From contig NC_087256.1 in NCBI RefSeq assembly GCF_037042905.1, forward strand, positions 9,486,001 through 9,550,000: a DNA stretch of 64,000 nucleotides, read 5' to 3'. A program made the position numbers and the translations under genes. Shown piece by piece: positions 24,201 to 36,860 of the stretch (within the stretch, counting starts at the first letter, position 1; each line of letters begins with the position of its first letter). The DNA is from Lytechinus pictus. Lineage: Eukaryota. A model generated the notes under the pieces. It did no database searches and was not told the origin of the DNA. It saw only the letters and a program-made list of their open reading frames with translations.

Positions 24201-27200
24201 TGCTATGACCCCACCCCCCCCCCCGAGTAAGTAAAACATACATTTCTTATCTTTTGATAATTAAAAATGTGAAGTATTATGAAATTTTTATGATTTTAAG
24301 AAGCCTTACATATAAGTACCAAGAAAATTATGCCTTTGAAAATCATATAGCACTGGTAAATGTTAATGTGTATTGTCAGTTACCGACAAGTAATGATAAA
24401 ATCAAAGAAAGGAATTAAGAAAAAGAAAAAGTTTTTTCATTGAAATGTTCCTAGAAACTCGGGTATACTTCCACATCAAGCTCACTTTCATGTGAAGCCC
24501 TGCACAGAAGATACAATGCAATGATTCCACACATTTGACTTCCATGTGTTATATGGCAAATTAAGTGTAATGTCAGTTACCAGCATGGTTGTGGAAAAAT
24601 TATCATAGCCTCCAAAAGACAAAAACGAATTGTTTAATATTTTGACACATCTTAATCTAGTAACGGAGGTATATTTACATATTCAAATTATTACTCTATC
24701 TACTCAGGGACATGAGATATTTCAATTTTAATAAACACCCTGAAATTGCATGTCCTTTTGCGTAATGTCAGTTACCGACACATTTTTGCTTGCTGATGCG
24801 TAAAAAAATGTGGTTACATAGGAAAACTTAGTATCAGAGTATACAGCAAGGTTCACTTTATTAACTCTATCAAAAGCAAACTCCCATCATTTGTTGTTTT
24901 AGAGATACACACAATGAAAGGTGTGAAAACATTGTGCCGTGTAATGTCAGTTACCGTGAAAATGCCCGTATGATATGTCTTCCTTATAATGAAATAAGTT
25001 GCAGCGATGAACATCTTCTGTATTAGATCAATTGTACATACAACTATAGTTATTTTTAGAGGAATGGAAATATTCAAAATATCATAACTTTGTTTTTCTT
25101 GTTCCAATTTTGATCAAATTTTCAGTGGTTTGTCTCCATTTGTCAATTTCACTTTTGCCTCCGGGTGGTTCATCGTCACAGTATCACGTGCTCTTAAGTG
25201 GACGATGTCCTCTTTGAGCATTATCTTATCAACCATATCCTATATAGTAGTCAAGTAGAACTCCAACATAACCGTCAAGTTGGGTATGACTGCAATTTTT
25301 TTGCTGGAAGTTGTAGTATAGGGTGTCTACTCCAAGAATTCGACGGGTGCCACCTGGGCACCCTTGGGCATTCTTTTTATTGACGTCATAGGCAACGCCC
25401 ACTTTTTCACATACCTCCTAAATTTGATTTTCATATTTTACGGAATTAACATGTCATGTTTGGTATCAAATTAAAGCTAATGAAAAATCAAATGCAAATA
25501 TATGAATTACTGGGCATTTAAATCGGGCATAAGTCAGTTAAATGTCATTAAAGGTCATAAAAGGTCAAATTGCCTAACAAATGTAAGTAAGACATATAAT
25601 GCGGAACTAGAAACAAGTTTAAGTTTAAGAGTGTGCATATTAAGAATCCGATGGATGCTACCTTGTCATCTTGAGGAATTGTTTGTTCTGACGTCATAAA
25701 CCACACCAACTTTCAGTTTCATTCCTCGTTAATATGACTTTTAGCGGAATAAACATGTTTGAAATCACAATAAATAAAATGCAAAATAAAATCGACATAG
25801 GATCCTTATATGAATCACTACACATTTAAAACGTATCCAGGGCTATTAAAGGTCATTTAAGGTCATAAAAGGTCAAATTGGATCACAAATGTAAGTAATG
25901 CAACAATGTAGAATTTACTGTGTTTGGAATACAATCAAGTTGGGCACTATTTATGTTGGGGTTTTTTTGCTGAAAGTTATGTTGAGGATGTGCTGATTAA
26001 GAATCTGACAAAGGCTACATTGGCAACCTTGGGCAACGTCATTTTCTGACGTTATAAAGCACACCATCCTTTTCACATAGGTCAACTTCTTAATTATGAC
26101 TTATCTAGTGTACAAAATAAACATATCATATTTGGTATCAAATTGAAGCTTATGGAAAATGGAATATATATTTAAAGATTAGAAAAAAATGAAGCACATG
26201 TAACGGTGACCTTAGGTCATTTACACGTATGAAAGGTTGATGATCGCTCGAGTTTCACATGACTTTATACAAAACGTTTAATTTGTCCTTTTGTATCAAA
26301 TCATTTCATGGGATTCCAAATAATCTACACCAATTTAACATTTTACACCATGTCCTGTTATATTCCTCTCACAACTACCCTCTGTACCATACATCTTCGA
26401 CCAGATGCTCATAGGATTCCCCTTCACCAACAATCTCAACTACATGCCTCTGCCAGAGCTGTGTTACTTCGATTCACACTTGTAGTATGAAATATATGAT
26501 TCGACGGCCGACCAGCAACTGTATTAATCCTTAAGAGTTATAGAACAGGGTGACGCTGAATCGTATCGACAAGGAAGTTCATTTAATTCCTTGGGAACAA
26601 CCAATGTGTCATGAACAAGTACGGGTAGGCCCAAAGTCATGTTCCATGTACTATCAGCTATCTTCTGAAGATGTAATGGCAGTAGAAGCATATATAATTT
26701 TTTCTCTGACAACACTGACGTTTCTGTTCTACCAGTATTCTAATTTTGGGTTTACAAGTCTTTTGCATACTGATGGAAAAGTAATTGACACTAAACATGT
26801 TAAAGGTATGGCATTGAAATTTGTAGAAAAAAAAAACTAGCTTTGCACAGACAATTCTTAGAGAAAGAAAGTCTCACGAATCACGAGATTTTGCAAGAAG
26901 GATGATTCAGCCACGAGATGATTTGGATGAATCTGGCCTTTTTGCTCATTAGCATAGGGACCTGCGGTCTGACTGATTCCCTATCAGGTTGTGATACCAC
27001 TTTGTGTCAATTTGGCAAGGGAATGTTTTCCACTCTAAACTTGCTGCTCGAAAAAAATCTTGATCTATAGAATCCGATGCGGAAGAAGTGGACTGGATCA
27101 ATTAAAGGTGTAATATTTATACTTTTAATCTTAACTACTAAAACAAAATATGGTCTTTCTAAAATTACTTAGCACTACTTCACATTATTTATCAAGAAGG

Positions 27201-30200
27201 CAGATGCTTCAAAGATCATGAGCCTACCCCCAACTGACGAGTCAGCAAAAGAGCATAATTATCAAAGGTGCTCTTCCTCATGAGTTTTATCTGGAGAACA
27301 ACTGATCAGAACGATTCCCCTGCAACTTGCCTCCCATGTACATGATGTATGAATGGGAAGTATAAGTTAGGAGGGCTCTCTGTACTCCCAAGGAATTATC
27401 AGAACTTGTTCCATGCATGTGGATTTAAATCGGGGCCACGTCCAATGCTCTAGGCTAAGCATTTGCCACTTATCGTGTATCGTATGTAAATAACATTGTG
27501 TAATTCTAAATACAAGGAAACCTGAACAAACAGTTGAGACTAAAGAGGGGGAAATCAGTCTGGAAGATGAATGAGAGAACAAAATGTAGTGAAGTAAAGA
27601 TGATGTAAAATGTCGATTTTTTTCTCATTGGATACTTGTCTAAAAATATAAATTTGTGTTGTAGAAGTAATTTTCTAAGGTGTCACATTCTGTCATAATT
27701 ACTTGTAGGCTTATGTGAAAAGTGGGCGCGGTTCGTGACGTCAGAAAATGAAAATTGAGGAGGTAGAACCCGTCACATCCATAATATACACACCCTCAAC
27801 CAAACATGAGATATTCCACATTATAATGTTGCATTAATAACGTTTGTGGCTTAGTCTCACCTTTTATAACCTTAAAATTACCTTTAATTTCCCTGGAAAA
27901 GTTTTAAATGCCTATAGTGATTCATATATGTTGATTTTCATTTTGAATTTGATTTAATTTGATATCAAACATGATATATTCATTTTGCTAAATATTGAGG
28001 AATGTAAGAAAGCTGGTGTGGTTTATGACGTCACAAAAATAAAATTCCTCGAGATGCCAAAGTAGCACCAGTCGGATTCTTAATATGCACACCCTCATCT
28101 GAACTTTTGCCAATAAATTTACACAATATCCAACTTGTTTGAATTTAGAACATGATATGTTCCACATTATTTGTATTACTTACATTTGTAAGGCTCAATG
28201 ACCTTAAATGACCTTTAACTGACCTATGCATGATTTAAATGTCCATTGATCCATTAATTTGCATTCGACTTTTTTATTAGCTTTAATTTGATACCAAACA
28301 TGACATGTTTATTCCTTAAAATTTGGAATTCATATTTAGGAGGTATGTGAAAAATTGCGCGTGGCCTATGACGTTAATAAAAAGAAATGTCCAAGGGTGC
28401 CCAGGTGGCACCCATCGGATTCTTGAAGTAGACACCCCATACTACAACTTCCAGCAAAAAAATCGCAGTCATACCCAAATTGACAGTCATGCAATAATTT
28501 TGATCATATCTACCCGACTAAAGGTTATGTTCTTTCCATAACGATGATTTTTTTTCGAGGGGAGTGGGCCGCATTGAATCTCCTATTACGAGAACACGTA
28601 TCTGTAGTATTTCATTCACATGTTTTGTTTTTGTTTTTAAGGGGATGAACGTCCCTGTGACTTTCGAAATGTAATAGTGCAACACAAGCGAAGAGGATTT
28701 CTTTTAGGGAGGAAAAAAAAGGAAAGAAAGAAGTTGGTAATGGTACGTATGAGAAAAAAACTGTACCTCACGAGTCCCTAATTTAAGGGAAAACATGTCA
28801 TGAACAAATAACTATAATAAATGGCCATAAAGAGTGTTCTCCCGAATAATCTGGTACCATTTTTATGTGATATGTGTTAATGCTTGAATAATCAGGAGTT
28901 TTCGTACTGTGATGGAAATTTCGATTTGTTTGCGCCAAAAGCATGGCTGCAATGATGCCAAGGATATAATAACCCCACACGAGTTGCATTTTACGTCATT
29001 GCAAATCCCTTTTCATTTAAATTAACATGAGAGTTGATACTAAAAGTGTTTGTTAAATAATTATATAGTTGATTATTGGAAAAATATTAGCAATGGATTT
29101 TACCGCAACCATTGTATGATTATAACTCTATTGACATCTTGGGGGGGGGGGGCGTTTCATCAACATTTTTGTCCGACTAGTTGTCAGACCCGACAACTTT
29201 CCTTGATTTTGATTGGCTGAGAAGCACTGTTACAATGGTAACTGTCGGATAAAACAGGACTTGTCAGATAAAAGTTCGACAAGTCATTTCATGAAACGCT
29301 TCCCTGGATTAATAATTGCAGTAATGCCTTACTTTCCCGCAACTCAAAATTTGAGTCACAGTAAACCTTCACTATAGAACGATGGTATCAAATTATTTGG
29401 GAGAAAATACTCTTTCAGGCCAGAACTAATGAATATGTGTTCAATTTTTCTCTTTGGGTATCTATGAGGTGGTGTGATTTTTATTTTACCCACATAGTAT
29501 GTTCTCCCTGCCGTTAAATTGAGAAAAATTGCGTCACGTTTAAGGTGTCCCCTTCTATCGCTATACCCTGTGTTGCCCCTTTCATGTACAGACATCTTTT
29601 GTGTTCGCTAGTACAGTTTTTTGTGATGTTGGGTAGTCTGGGTAGAGTTTCTTCCTTACTTCATCACAGTGTTATAAGGCGTTAGAGCATTATATCTTTT
29701 GTTTACATCGATAGGAACCTCTCGTGGAAGATGCTGAATTTTCATTCAATATTATTGTTCCCTGCAGTCGCTTTGTGTAGGGGGTATAATGACTCCACCA
29801 ACCACGAGATTAGGGACCCGTCATCAAAGAGTTTCTATAGAATTCCTATCTCTTAACGACACACACATATAAATCACATAACGAGTTTGATTTTCTATAG
29901 CAACTATTTGTGAGACAGAGCCCTGGTCATTCATCTGACTCGACTCCTTTGAAACGTCAAGAAGTTGATAAAATGTACGCCCTCGACCGCATCTTAACAC
30001 ATAAATGTGGGATTTTCTTAAATAACTGATTCAAGTTGGCGAAGTCCCATGGAATAGGCAAACGATGACACATAATAGAGCTCAGATGAGGTCTGTTATC
30101 ACGCATTCCGTTGTTCATTTGTCTTCTGTTTATGAGATTTCATACATAATTTATCCTATATCAGTTTGGTTACTGAAAAACCGAAAAATATGATTAGATG

Positions 30201-31170
30201 ATCGAGTGATTTTTTTTTTACTGTTAGATTATACGGGAATTGGGTGTGCTTCGGTCTCTAGGCAGTATAATACTGTATACTGCCAAAATCATACGTAAGA
30301 AAGCAATTAATACATTCACCACTTCCATTTTGATTCATCTATCTGAATTTATATTTTTTCCATGCAACTTCTCATGATAAGCACATATTCAACTTACGAT
30401 ATCCGCTTAGAAAAATTAAAGGACAAGTCCACCCAAACAAAAAGTTGATTTGAATAAAAAGAGAACAATCCAACAAGCAAAACACGGAAAATTTCATCAA
30501 AATCGGATGTAAAATAAGAAAGTTATGATATTATAGAATTTCGCTTAATTTCACAAAACAGTTATATGCACATCCTGGTCGGTATGCAAATGAGGAGATT
30601 GATGACGCCATCCACTCACTATTTCTTTTGTATTTTATTATATGAAATACGAATTATTCTAATTTTCTTCTCAGTGTCAAGTGAAACAACGATTAATTCC
30701 TCCCTGAACATGTGTAGTTAGCAATGTTTAATACTATATGGGTCAGTCAAGTTGATTCTTATTGTCAAATCTGCAAAAAATGAAATATTGTATAATTCAA
30801 ATAATAACAAACAAAAGAAATAGTGAGTGGGGGACATCATCGTCTGTCTCATTTGCATGTCACTGAGTTGTGCATATCACTGTTTTGTGAAAAATAAGCG
30901 AAACTTTAAAAATGCCATTACTTTCTTATTTTACATCCGATTTTGATGACATTTTCAGCGTTATGCTTGTTTGATTATTCAAAGCAACATTTTTCTGGGG
31001 TGGACTTGACCTTTAACAAGTCGAAACGTATCAGGGCAAGAACGAAAATGTATCATAAATAAGGAAACGAAGTATAATATTAACTCACCGAAGGGAAAGA
31101 TGTTACTGAAAAACAGGCACAAACACACAGTCTGGATCCAACAAGTCAAACGGTCTCTTTGATCTGCCAT
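18285..31170 (-). CDS. GPCR1: family-B (secretin/adhesion/Methuselah-like) 7TM receptor with somatomedin-B-like and Cys-rich ectodomain, no GPS; 3 exons, about 939 aa
   Basis: Exons are 31170-31089 (signal peptide MADQRDRLTCWIQTVCLCLFFSNIFPF, phase-1 GTGAGT), 21459-19007 and 18569-18285; all GT-AG and in frame (2820 nt). Motifs: SMB-like CHCDPYCFYFNDCCINF, FKNIYCVLCN, TM3 GHYTWVAVFSHM, ECL2 CWI, TM6 LLGFTWVFGF, TM7 NSLQGVYIFIAF. Confidence 0.9.
21690..22160. mobile_element. Terminal fragment of an Academ-like DNA transposon in GPCR1 intron 1
   Basis: Three roughly 160-bp units each contain CAAGATGGCG..GCCATCTT, followed by GCCCAAAGTTGCCGTTTGGGCAACC. The organisation resembles the arms of the element at 25248-28520. 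Confidence 0.45.
22685..25175. mobile_element. Non-autonomous DNA element with 8 direct copies of GTAATGTCAGTTACC
   Basis: The motif occurs at 23031, 23198, 23224, 23244, 24370 (1 mismatch), 24567, 24762 and 24941. The ends are imperfect inverted repeats (GATGGACACAGAGGCAAAA and TTTTGCCTCCGGGTGGTTCATC). Confidence 0.55.
25248..28520. mobile_element. Academ-like DNA transposon with long modular TIRs and a decayed interior
   Basis: Termini are TAGTCAAGTAGA and TCTACCCGACTA. Several hundred bp from 25270 are inverted at about 28000-28490, including GGGTGCCACCTGGGCACCCTT. The arm units recur about every 300 bp. Confidence 0.75.
29140..29306. mobile_element. Small MITE
   Basis: GGGGGCGTTTCATCAAC pairs with TTCATGAAACGCTTCCCTG as inverted ends; internal inverted GTCCGAC/GTCGGA units. 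Confidence 0.6.
30416..31016. mobile_element. Full-length Kolobok-like MITE with TTAA target duplication, about 70 bp into GPCR1 intron 1
   Basis: TTAA-AGGACAAGTCCACCC ... GGGTGGACTTGACCT-TTAA, with about 250 bp of inverted arms. Confidence 0.9.
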
Positions 31171-32162
31171 CATGAGTCTACGATGAGACACATTAAAGAT
31201 CAAGATACTATAAACCTGTTATATAAACCTTACAAATAGGCCCGATGGGCCCAGTTATTCTTCCTTCTACACGCCAATAGGTACGTGTACGTGGGTAATG
31301 GAATGAAAAACTGAGCCTTAAAATATTTGGTTTCAAATTGAGGCGTTGTTCGCTTCCACGTGGTATTCAAGTTCAGCGGCGAAAATGCAGTCAATCAAGT
31401 AAATGATCGTGACGTAAAAAGGATCCCTATAAGTCAAATTTTGGGACCTCTTTCCGAGATAATGATGCCGCTCCAAACGAGAGGTATTTAATATTTAATC
31501 CACAATAATTTGTCTTGTGAAATTTTGAACAATCATTATCCAGACACTCTGGCGTTTTTTATATACCTGCTCAGGACCATCCGGTGGGGGGGGGGGGGGT
31601 AAGGCATTAACAACTTTTCGTTTTGAACACGTGTTGATTTTAGCTTTACCGTATCCAACAGTGACGTAATTAGCCCCCAAAAATGAGAGGGGCAGATATG
31701 GCATATCGGGCAAAATTAAAAACATGTTGCAAGCGAGCGGGCAAAAAATACAAAATTCCAATTTTGTGATAGATTTTGACATATTAAGAAAATATCAAAT
31801 GTCACCCTTTTTTCCTTTTCTCTTTTTTTTCCTTGTCATTTTTTTGGGGGGTGGGCATCCCACGCCCCCCCCCCCCCTGTAATCCAATGGCGTCCAACAT
31901 TGCGAGCTAGCCAACCAACGCGACACGTCCGTTCGTCCGGTGGAGGGGCATACACAGTGATGAACTTTCATTTTAAAAGGCTTATCCCAGTGAATGGGAA
32001 AATAAATAAGATGTCAGAAAAAGGAGTCATGCTATGGAACCCCCCCCCCCTTCTTCACTGATTGTATATCATGTATATGGTGGCGTGTTTGAAATATTAT
32101 CAATTATCAAACTGAAATAAGTACCCAAAGAGTCAAATGAATATAGTACAGGTATATATATA

Positions 32163-32355
32163 TAATAATAATAATAATAATAAACAGTTCTTGTATAGCG
32201 CATATCACAATTATGAATAATGTCTCTATGCGCTTCCAAAGGACTTGGATATTATTACCCCAGCTGTAGCTTGGCTGCCGTAATTACTAAGATTACAGCG
32301 CACACGCATTTCAAGGAATAAATTCCTGCCAGGTACCCATTCACCTCACCTGGGT
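32163..32355 (-). mobile_element. 5'-truncated SINE with (TTA)n tail
   Basis: GGTACCCATTCACCTCACCTGGG core, an L2-like GCGC..GCGCTAT tail, and a (TAA)n run on the plus strand. Confidence 0.75.
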
Positions 32356-33880
32356 TATAGTAAAGTAATATAGTAAAGTTTTATTTAGCATTGACGTTAA
32401 AAAAGATAGTAGGGAGTTCTTGCACTGCGACGTAGGACCAGTTCAAGAGCACAGTAAATGTATTGAAAATGTTAACCCATTGATAATGAAGATCTTGGAG
32501 GTTTTTATCGAAAATTGCTTAACCAGAAGAGCAGTTTCGTCCTAAGTTTCGGAGCTGACGAACAATCGTAAATATATCTTTTGCCCAGAGTTCAGTGCCG
32601 GCCGCACAGAAGCGCTGTTATAGCCTAACAGAGTTCTAAACAATAAGCACAGTCTCATCCTTGTGGGGTCAAAACATTTATTTCAATGTGTAAGTAATAT
32701 ATTGTTGTATCTTTAGGCATCGCTGTCACATTACCGGCTGCAACATGGTGTCTTTTAGCACAGTGTTTATAATGCATTCAACCTTTCTGCACGGTCAGTA
32801 GGCCACAGGACGAATCTGCTGTTTTGATTCACCAATTTTTCGCAAAGACTTCTTGTTTGGTCTTTGACATGAAGGGCATTTGACAATATTTTTTTTTTCT
32901 TGAAATCGTTCTGCGAAAACGATTGAGTTTTCATTTCAGTATCACATTCAATAGATTCATTATATTACTCTTATTCAAATTCATTTATTTCGCATCTCTA
33001 AAAAAACCATACAAGATACAATACATCGAGATCAATCAAAATGATAACATAGTAATGGAGTAATATGGCTACAAGAAAGAGAAAATTAGGCTTATCTCTC
33101 AGTGAACCTTTGTCTACACAGTGTTTCTACAGATCCAAAACAAACTTCCCGAAACTGAAGCCCAAATTTCTCGAAATTCATAGACATTTCCTAAAATTTT
33201 AAAGTTTGATTTTAAACAAAAATCGGGCAATAATAGAGCGAGCCTAAATTTGGTCCGAGTGACCAAAATCAAGGAATTTAACATTTTTTGTTCACGCCCT
33301 CTTTAAAAAATAGGAACGAAATTAACGAAATGCGAGCGCGAAGCGCGAGCAGAAAACTTCGAGCTACGCAACGAGGTAAACAATTCTTTGAATATACATG
33401 TAACATGAATATTAAGTTGCAACGTTTAATTGTTGTTTGATTTGATTTGATTTATTGTTTTCTTCTGCATCCATAACATTCGTATAATACATTTTTCATA
33501 ACATAATAAACATAATATGCTAGCATTTTTGGCATGAATCATAAATAAAGAGTATTAAAAAGATAATTTCAGACAAAAATGATTAACTATATGATATTCA
33601 CAATTTGCAGGAGAAGGATTGTCATCATAAGCAGATTGCTTGAAAAAAATGACAATCCCAAACTTATACTAATTGAATTAATTAATACATTTATAAAGCA
33701 GAATGGGCATACATTTTCAAATACGAAACATGAATTCATGCAATATTATAGTATGAAGATGATAAAGCTGAGGGTGACGGTGATATGATGATGATGATGA
33801 TGATGAAGGCCATGGAGATGATGGTGGTCATGATGAAGATATTGGTAATGACTAAATCGAAGGAGGAATAAATTCACGTT

Positions 33881-34136
33881 GGAGCGCTGTGGCCCAGTGG
33901 ATTAGTCTCCGGACTTTGAAACAGAGGGTTGTGGGTTTGAATCCCAGCCATGGCGTAATTTCCTCCGGCAAGAAGTTTATCCACATTGTGCTGCGCTCGA
34001 CCCAGGTGAGGTGAATGGGTACCCGGTAGCTCAGCTACATCCGGGGTAATAATATGATACCAAGTATCAAAGCGCAGTTGAGTATATGCACATAGTAACT
34101 GCGCTATATAAATGGACATATTATCATTATTATTAA
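33881..34136 (+). mobile_element. tRNA-derived SINE, near full length
   Basis: A-box TGGCCCAGTGG, B-box GGTTTGAATCCC, central CTCGACCCAGGTGAGGTGAATGGGTACC, L2-like 3' stem-loop and (TTA)n tail. Confidence 0.88.
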
Positions 34137-34547
34137 TTGTAATTTTCGGAATTTTTCTTAAAAGTGGAAACACTGGGTCTACATTAAATAATAATAATAA
34201 AAAACATGCAACCCTATATAGGACAAACAGTGTAAAATCAGACGGAGAATATTTCAGTTTATTATGAGGTTGACATATTTTCAGTGACTACTAATATTCA
34301 GAACCGAGGAAAATGCAAATATATACAATAACTGATTTCATTCAAAGATTATCTAGAGACTATTATTTAGAGACTATTTTAAACAAATATCATTCAAATA
34401 TTTCTTAAATGAGAGCAATATGTAAAATATACATTGTTAGACCCTGCAGAGACCAAAAGGGTGGGGAAAGGAAGTTTAAATAATGTTTAATTTAATATAG
34501 GTTTGATTTGTTGTGTATGGAATAATTTTACTAGCTTTTGAGACGCT

Positions 34548-35142
34548 TTAAAGGGGAATTAAACCTTTGGAACAAGTATAGGCTTGTGTCGAACCAGAAA
34601 AATCAAAGAATAAGAACAAAGAAAGTTTGAGAAAAATCGGACAAATAATGAGAAAGTTATGAGCATTTGAATATTGGAATCACTAATGCTATGGAGATCC
34701 TCCCATTTGGCATTGCGACAAGGATATGTGATATCACATGTGAACAACTGTCCCTTTGATGGACTATGAAATACCCCCAAAATGCCTCTTTTTGCTTTTT
34801 CTTATGGTGATACAAACTCTTTATCCATGATGTATTCTTTAAAAATCTGTATTACATGCCCTCCTATAGAAAGAACACATTATCTACTGATAAATGTGAT
34901 AAAAGAGGCAGTTTAAGTGAAATATATACTAAGGTAATGGGGAGAGTTGTTCACAAGTGACATCACACATCTTTGTCGCATTGCCAATGTGAGGATCTCC
35001 ATAGCATTAGTGATCGCAATATTCAAATGCTCATAACTTTCTCATTATCTGTCCGATTTTTCTCAAACTTTCGTTGATCTGTTTCTTTGATTTTTCTGTT
35101 TTCACACTTGCTAGTTGTTTCAAAGGTTTCATTCTCCTTTAA
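34548..35142. mobile_element. Kolobok-like MITE (second family) with TTAA TSD
   Basis: TTAA-AGGGGAATTAAACCTTTG ... CAAAGGTTTCATTCTCCT-TTAA, with about 200 bp of near-perfect inverted arms. Confidence 0.9.
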
Positions 35143-35163
35143 AGACACAAAAAACGATAAGTA

Positions 35164-35197
<34 letters not shown>

Positions 35198-36018
35198 CAG
35201 TGCGTCCCAGAAAAAAACGAAACCGAGATTAAGCGATGATTTATCATAACTTAATCACAAATACAATAGACAAATGACCTACCAATGTAAAGCTTAGCAT
35301 CTCCTCTTTCATCTGATATTACTTAGACTATTCCCCATTCACGCATGAGTGAGCGAACACAATTTGAAGAAAGGATACCAAAAACTCATTTGGCGGGGGG
35401 TATCTGAATTTCAAAAAGAAAATCACATGCCTAAAAAGTTCAATATCTACTCTTTTATTTGATACCTTAATCACAAAAAATGGTCAAGAAGTAAAAAAGT
35501 TATGTTCCCTCGAAACAATGCTTGTATTTCCATAATTGCATTAAATAAACGTGTTTTCACCAGTTTCCCACAGAAGCTATCGCATGGTTAACAATAGACT
35601 TAATGCATGGCTGATCGTCAACAAAACGGAGTGTCCAGTGCGTTTGAACGCTAGCCTTTAAAACCTCTTCATTTTATGAAATTATTGAAATTCAAGCCTT
35701 ATTTCAAATAACAAGAACTTTGTTATTTCTCAACCATTTTCTGTAATTGAGGTATCAAATTAAAGAGCAGATATTGAAAGTTTTGAAAATGTGGTTTTCT
35801 TTTTGAAACCCAGATACAGCCCGCCAAATGACTTTTTGGTATCCCCTCGTCAAATTGTCTTTGCTCACTCACGCGTGAATGAGAAATAATCTAAGTAATA
35901 TTAAATGAAAAAGGAGATTCTAAGCTTTACAATGGTAGGTCATTTGTCTATTGTGTTTGTGATTAAGTTATGATAAATCATCAATAAATCTCGGTTTCGT
36001 TTTTTGTGGGACGCACTG
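35198..36018. mobile_element. Tc1/mariner-type MITE with TA TSD
   Basis: TA-CAGTGCGTCCCAGAAAAAAACGAAACCGAGATT ... AATCTCGGTTTCGTTTTTTGTGGGACGCACTG-TA, with about 300 bp inverted arms. A related end occurs at about 16035-16061. Confidence 0.9.
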
Positions 36019-36574
36019 TATATATATTAATGAGGCAAAGTGGTAATGCATCGTACTTAGTTCCAACAGTTTATTTTGAATTCCAAATTTTCGACGTTAA
36101 ACATACGTCTTCCTCATGGATACAATAAAGCTCACAGAGACAAGAACTGAAATAATAACATTCATGAATGTGGTAGTAATGGAACCGCGCACGAAACAGC
36201 ATCACCATCATAATAATAATAAAAAAAAGCATATTGAAGGCGCAGGCTGTAAAAATTATCGCGTGAGGATATCATTGTTACGTAACATAACAATCACTTA
36301 TTATGACGCCACCACAATCATGAAAATGCAAGAATAGAAAGGATAAAGGCTTATAATATATCAAGAAAATAAATTACGATAAAAGGAGGTGACAATGGCC
36401 TCCCAAATCACTCTTGAAATCAACTGTTAATAACGTATGGAGGAGAGTAGAGCAATAATAATGATAATAAACCTATGAGAAATTCTTGAAATTATTTATA
36501 AAAATTGTATTTGTCCAGCCAAGACAGATCCTTGTTTAGGCCATACTGAAAACTTCGGCTATGAATAATGGCTC

Positions 36575-36860
36575 GAAGAGTCGAAGTTCAACGAGTTTCC
36601 TCTCTTCCGCGGATTTATAACCTCCTCCGAAAAGAACTATTTTGAGATCACTGATAGAGTGATTTTCTCTGTTGAAGTGCTCAGCTACCGGGAAACCATC
36701 GCGATATTGTCGGATAGTAGACCTGTGATTATTGAATCTTGTCCTAAATTTAGTACTGGTTTCTCCAATGTATGTTACATCTGGGCATTTGCTACAGAGT
36801 AAGCAATACATAATATTGCTTGAATCACAGTTGTGGTTGGGAGGTTTGATTGCATAACCA
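36575..36860 (-). mobile_element. Penelope-like element GIY-YIG endonuclease fragment
   Basis: CDSSNIMYCLLCSKCPDVTYIGETSTKFRTRFNNHRS..PVAEHFNRENHS..ERKLVE is the PLE GIY-YIG domain. It is truncated before the GLN motif. Confidence 0.88.

Noticed and set aside
26300-27600. Possible transposase remnant inside the Academ-like element
   Set aside because: It looks like decayed coding sequence, but no diagnostic motif could be recovered by eye.
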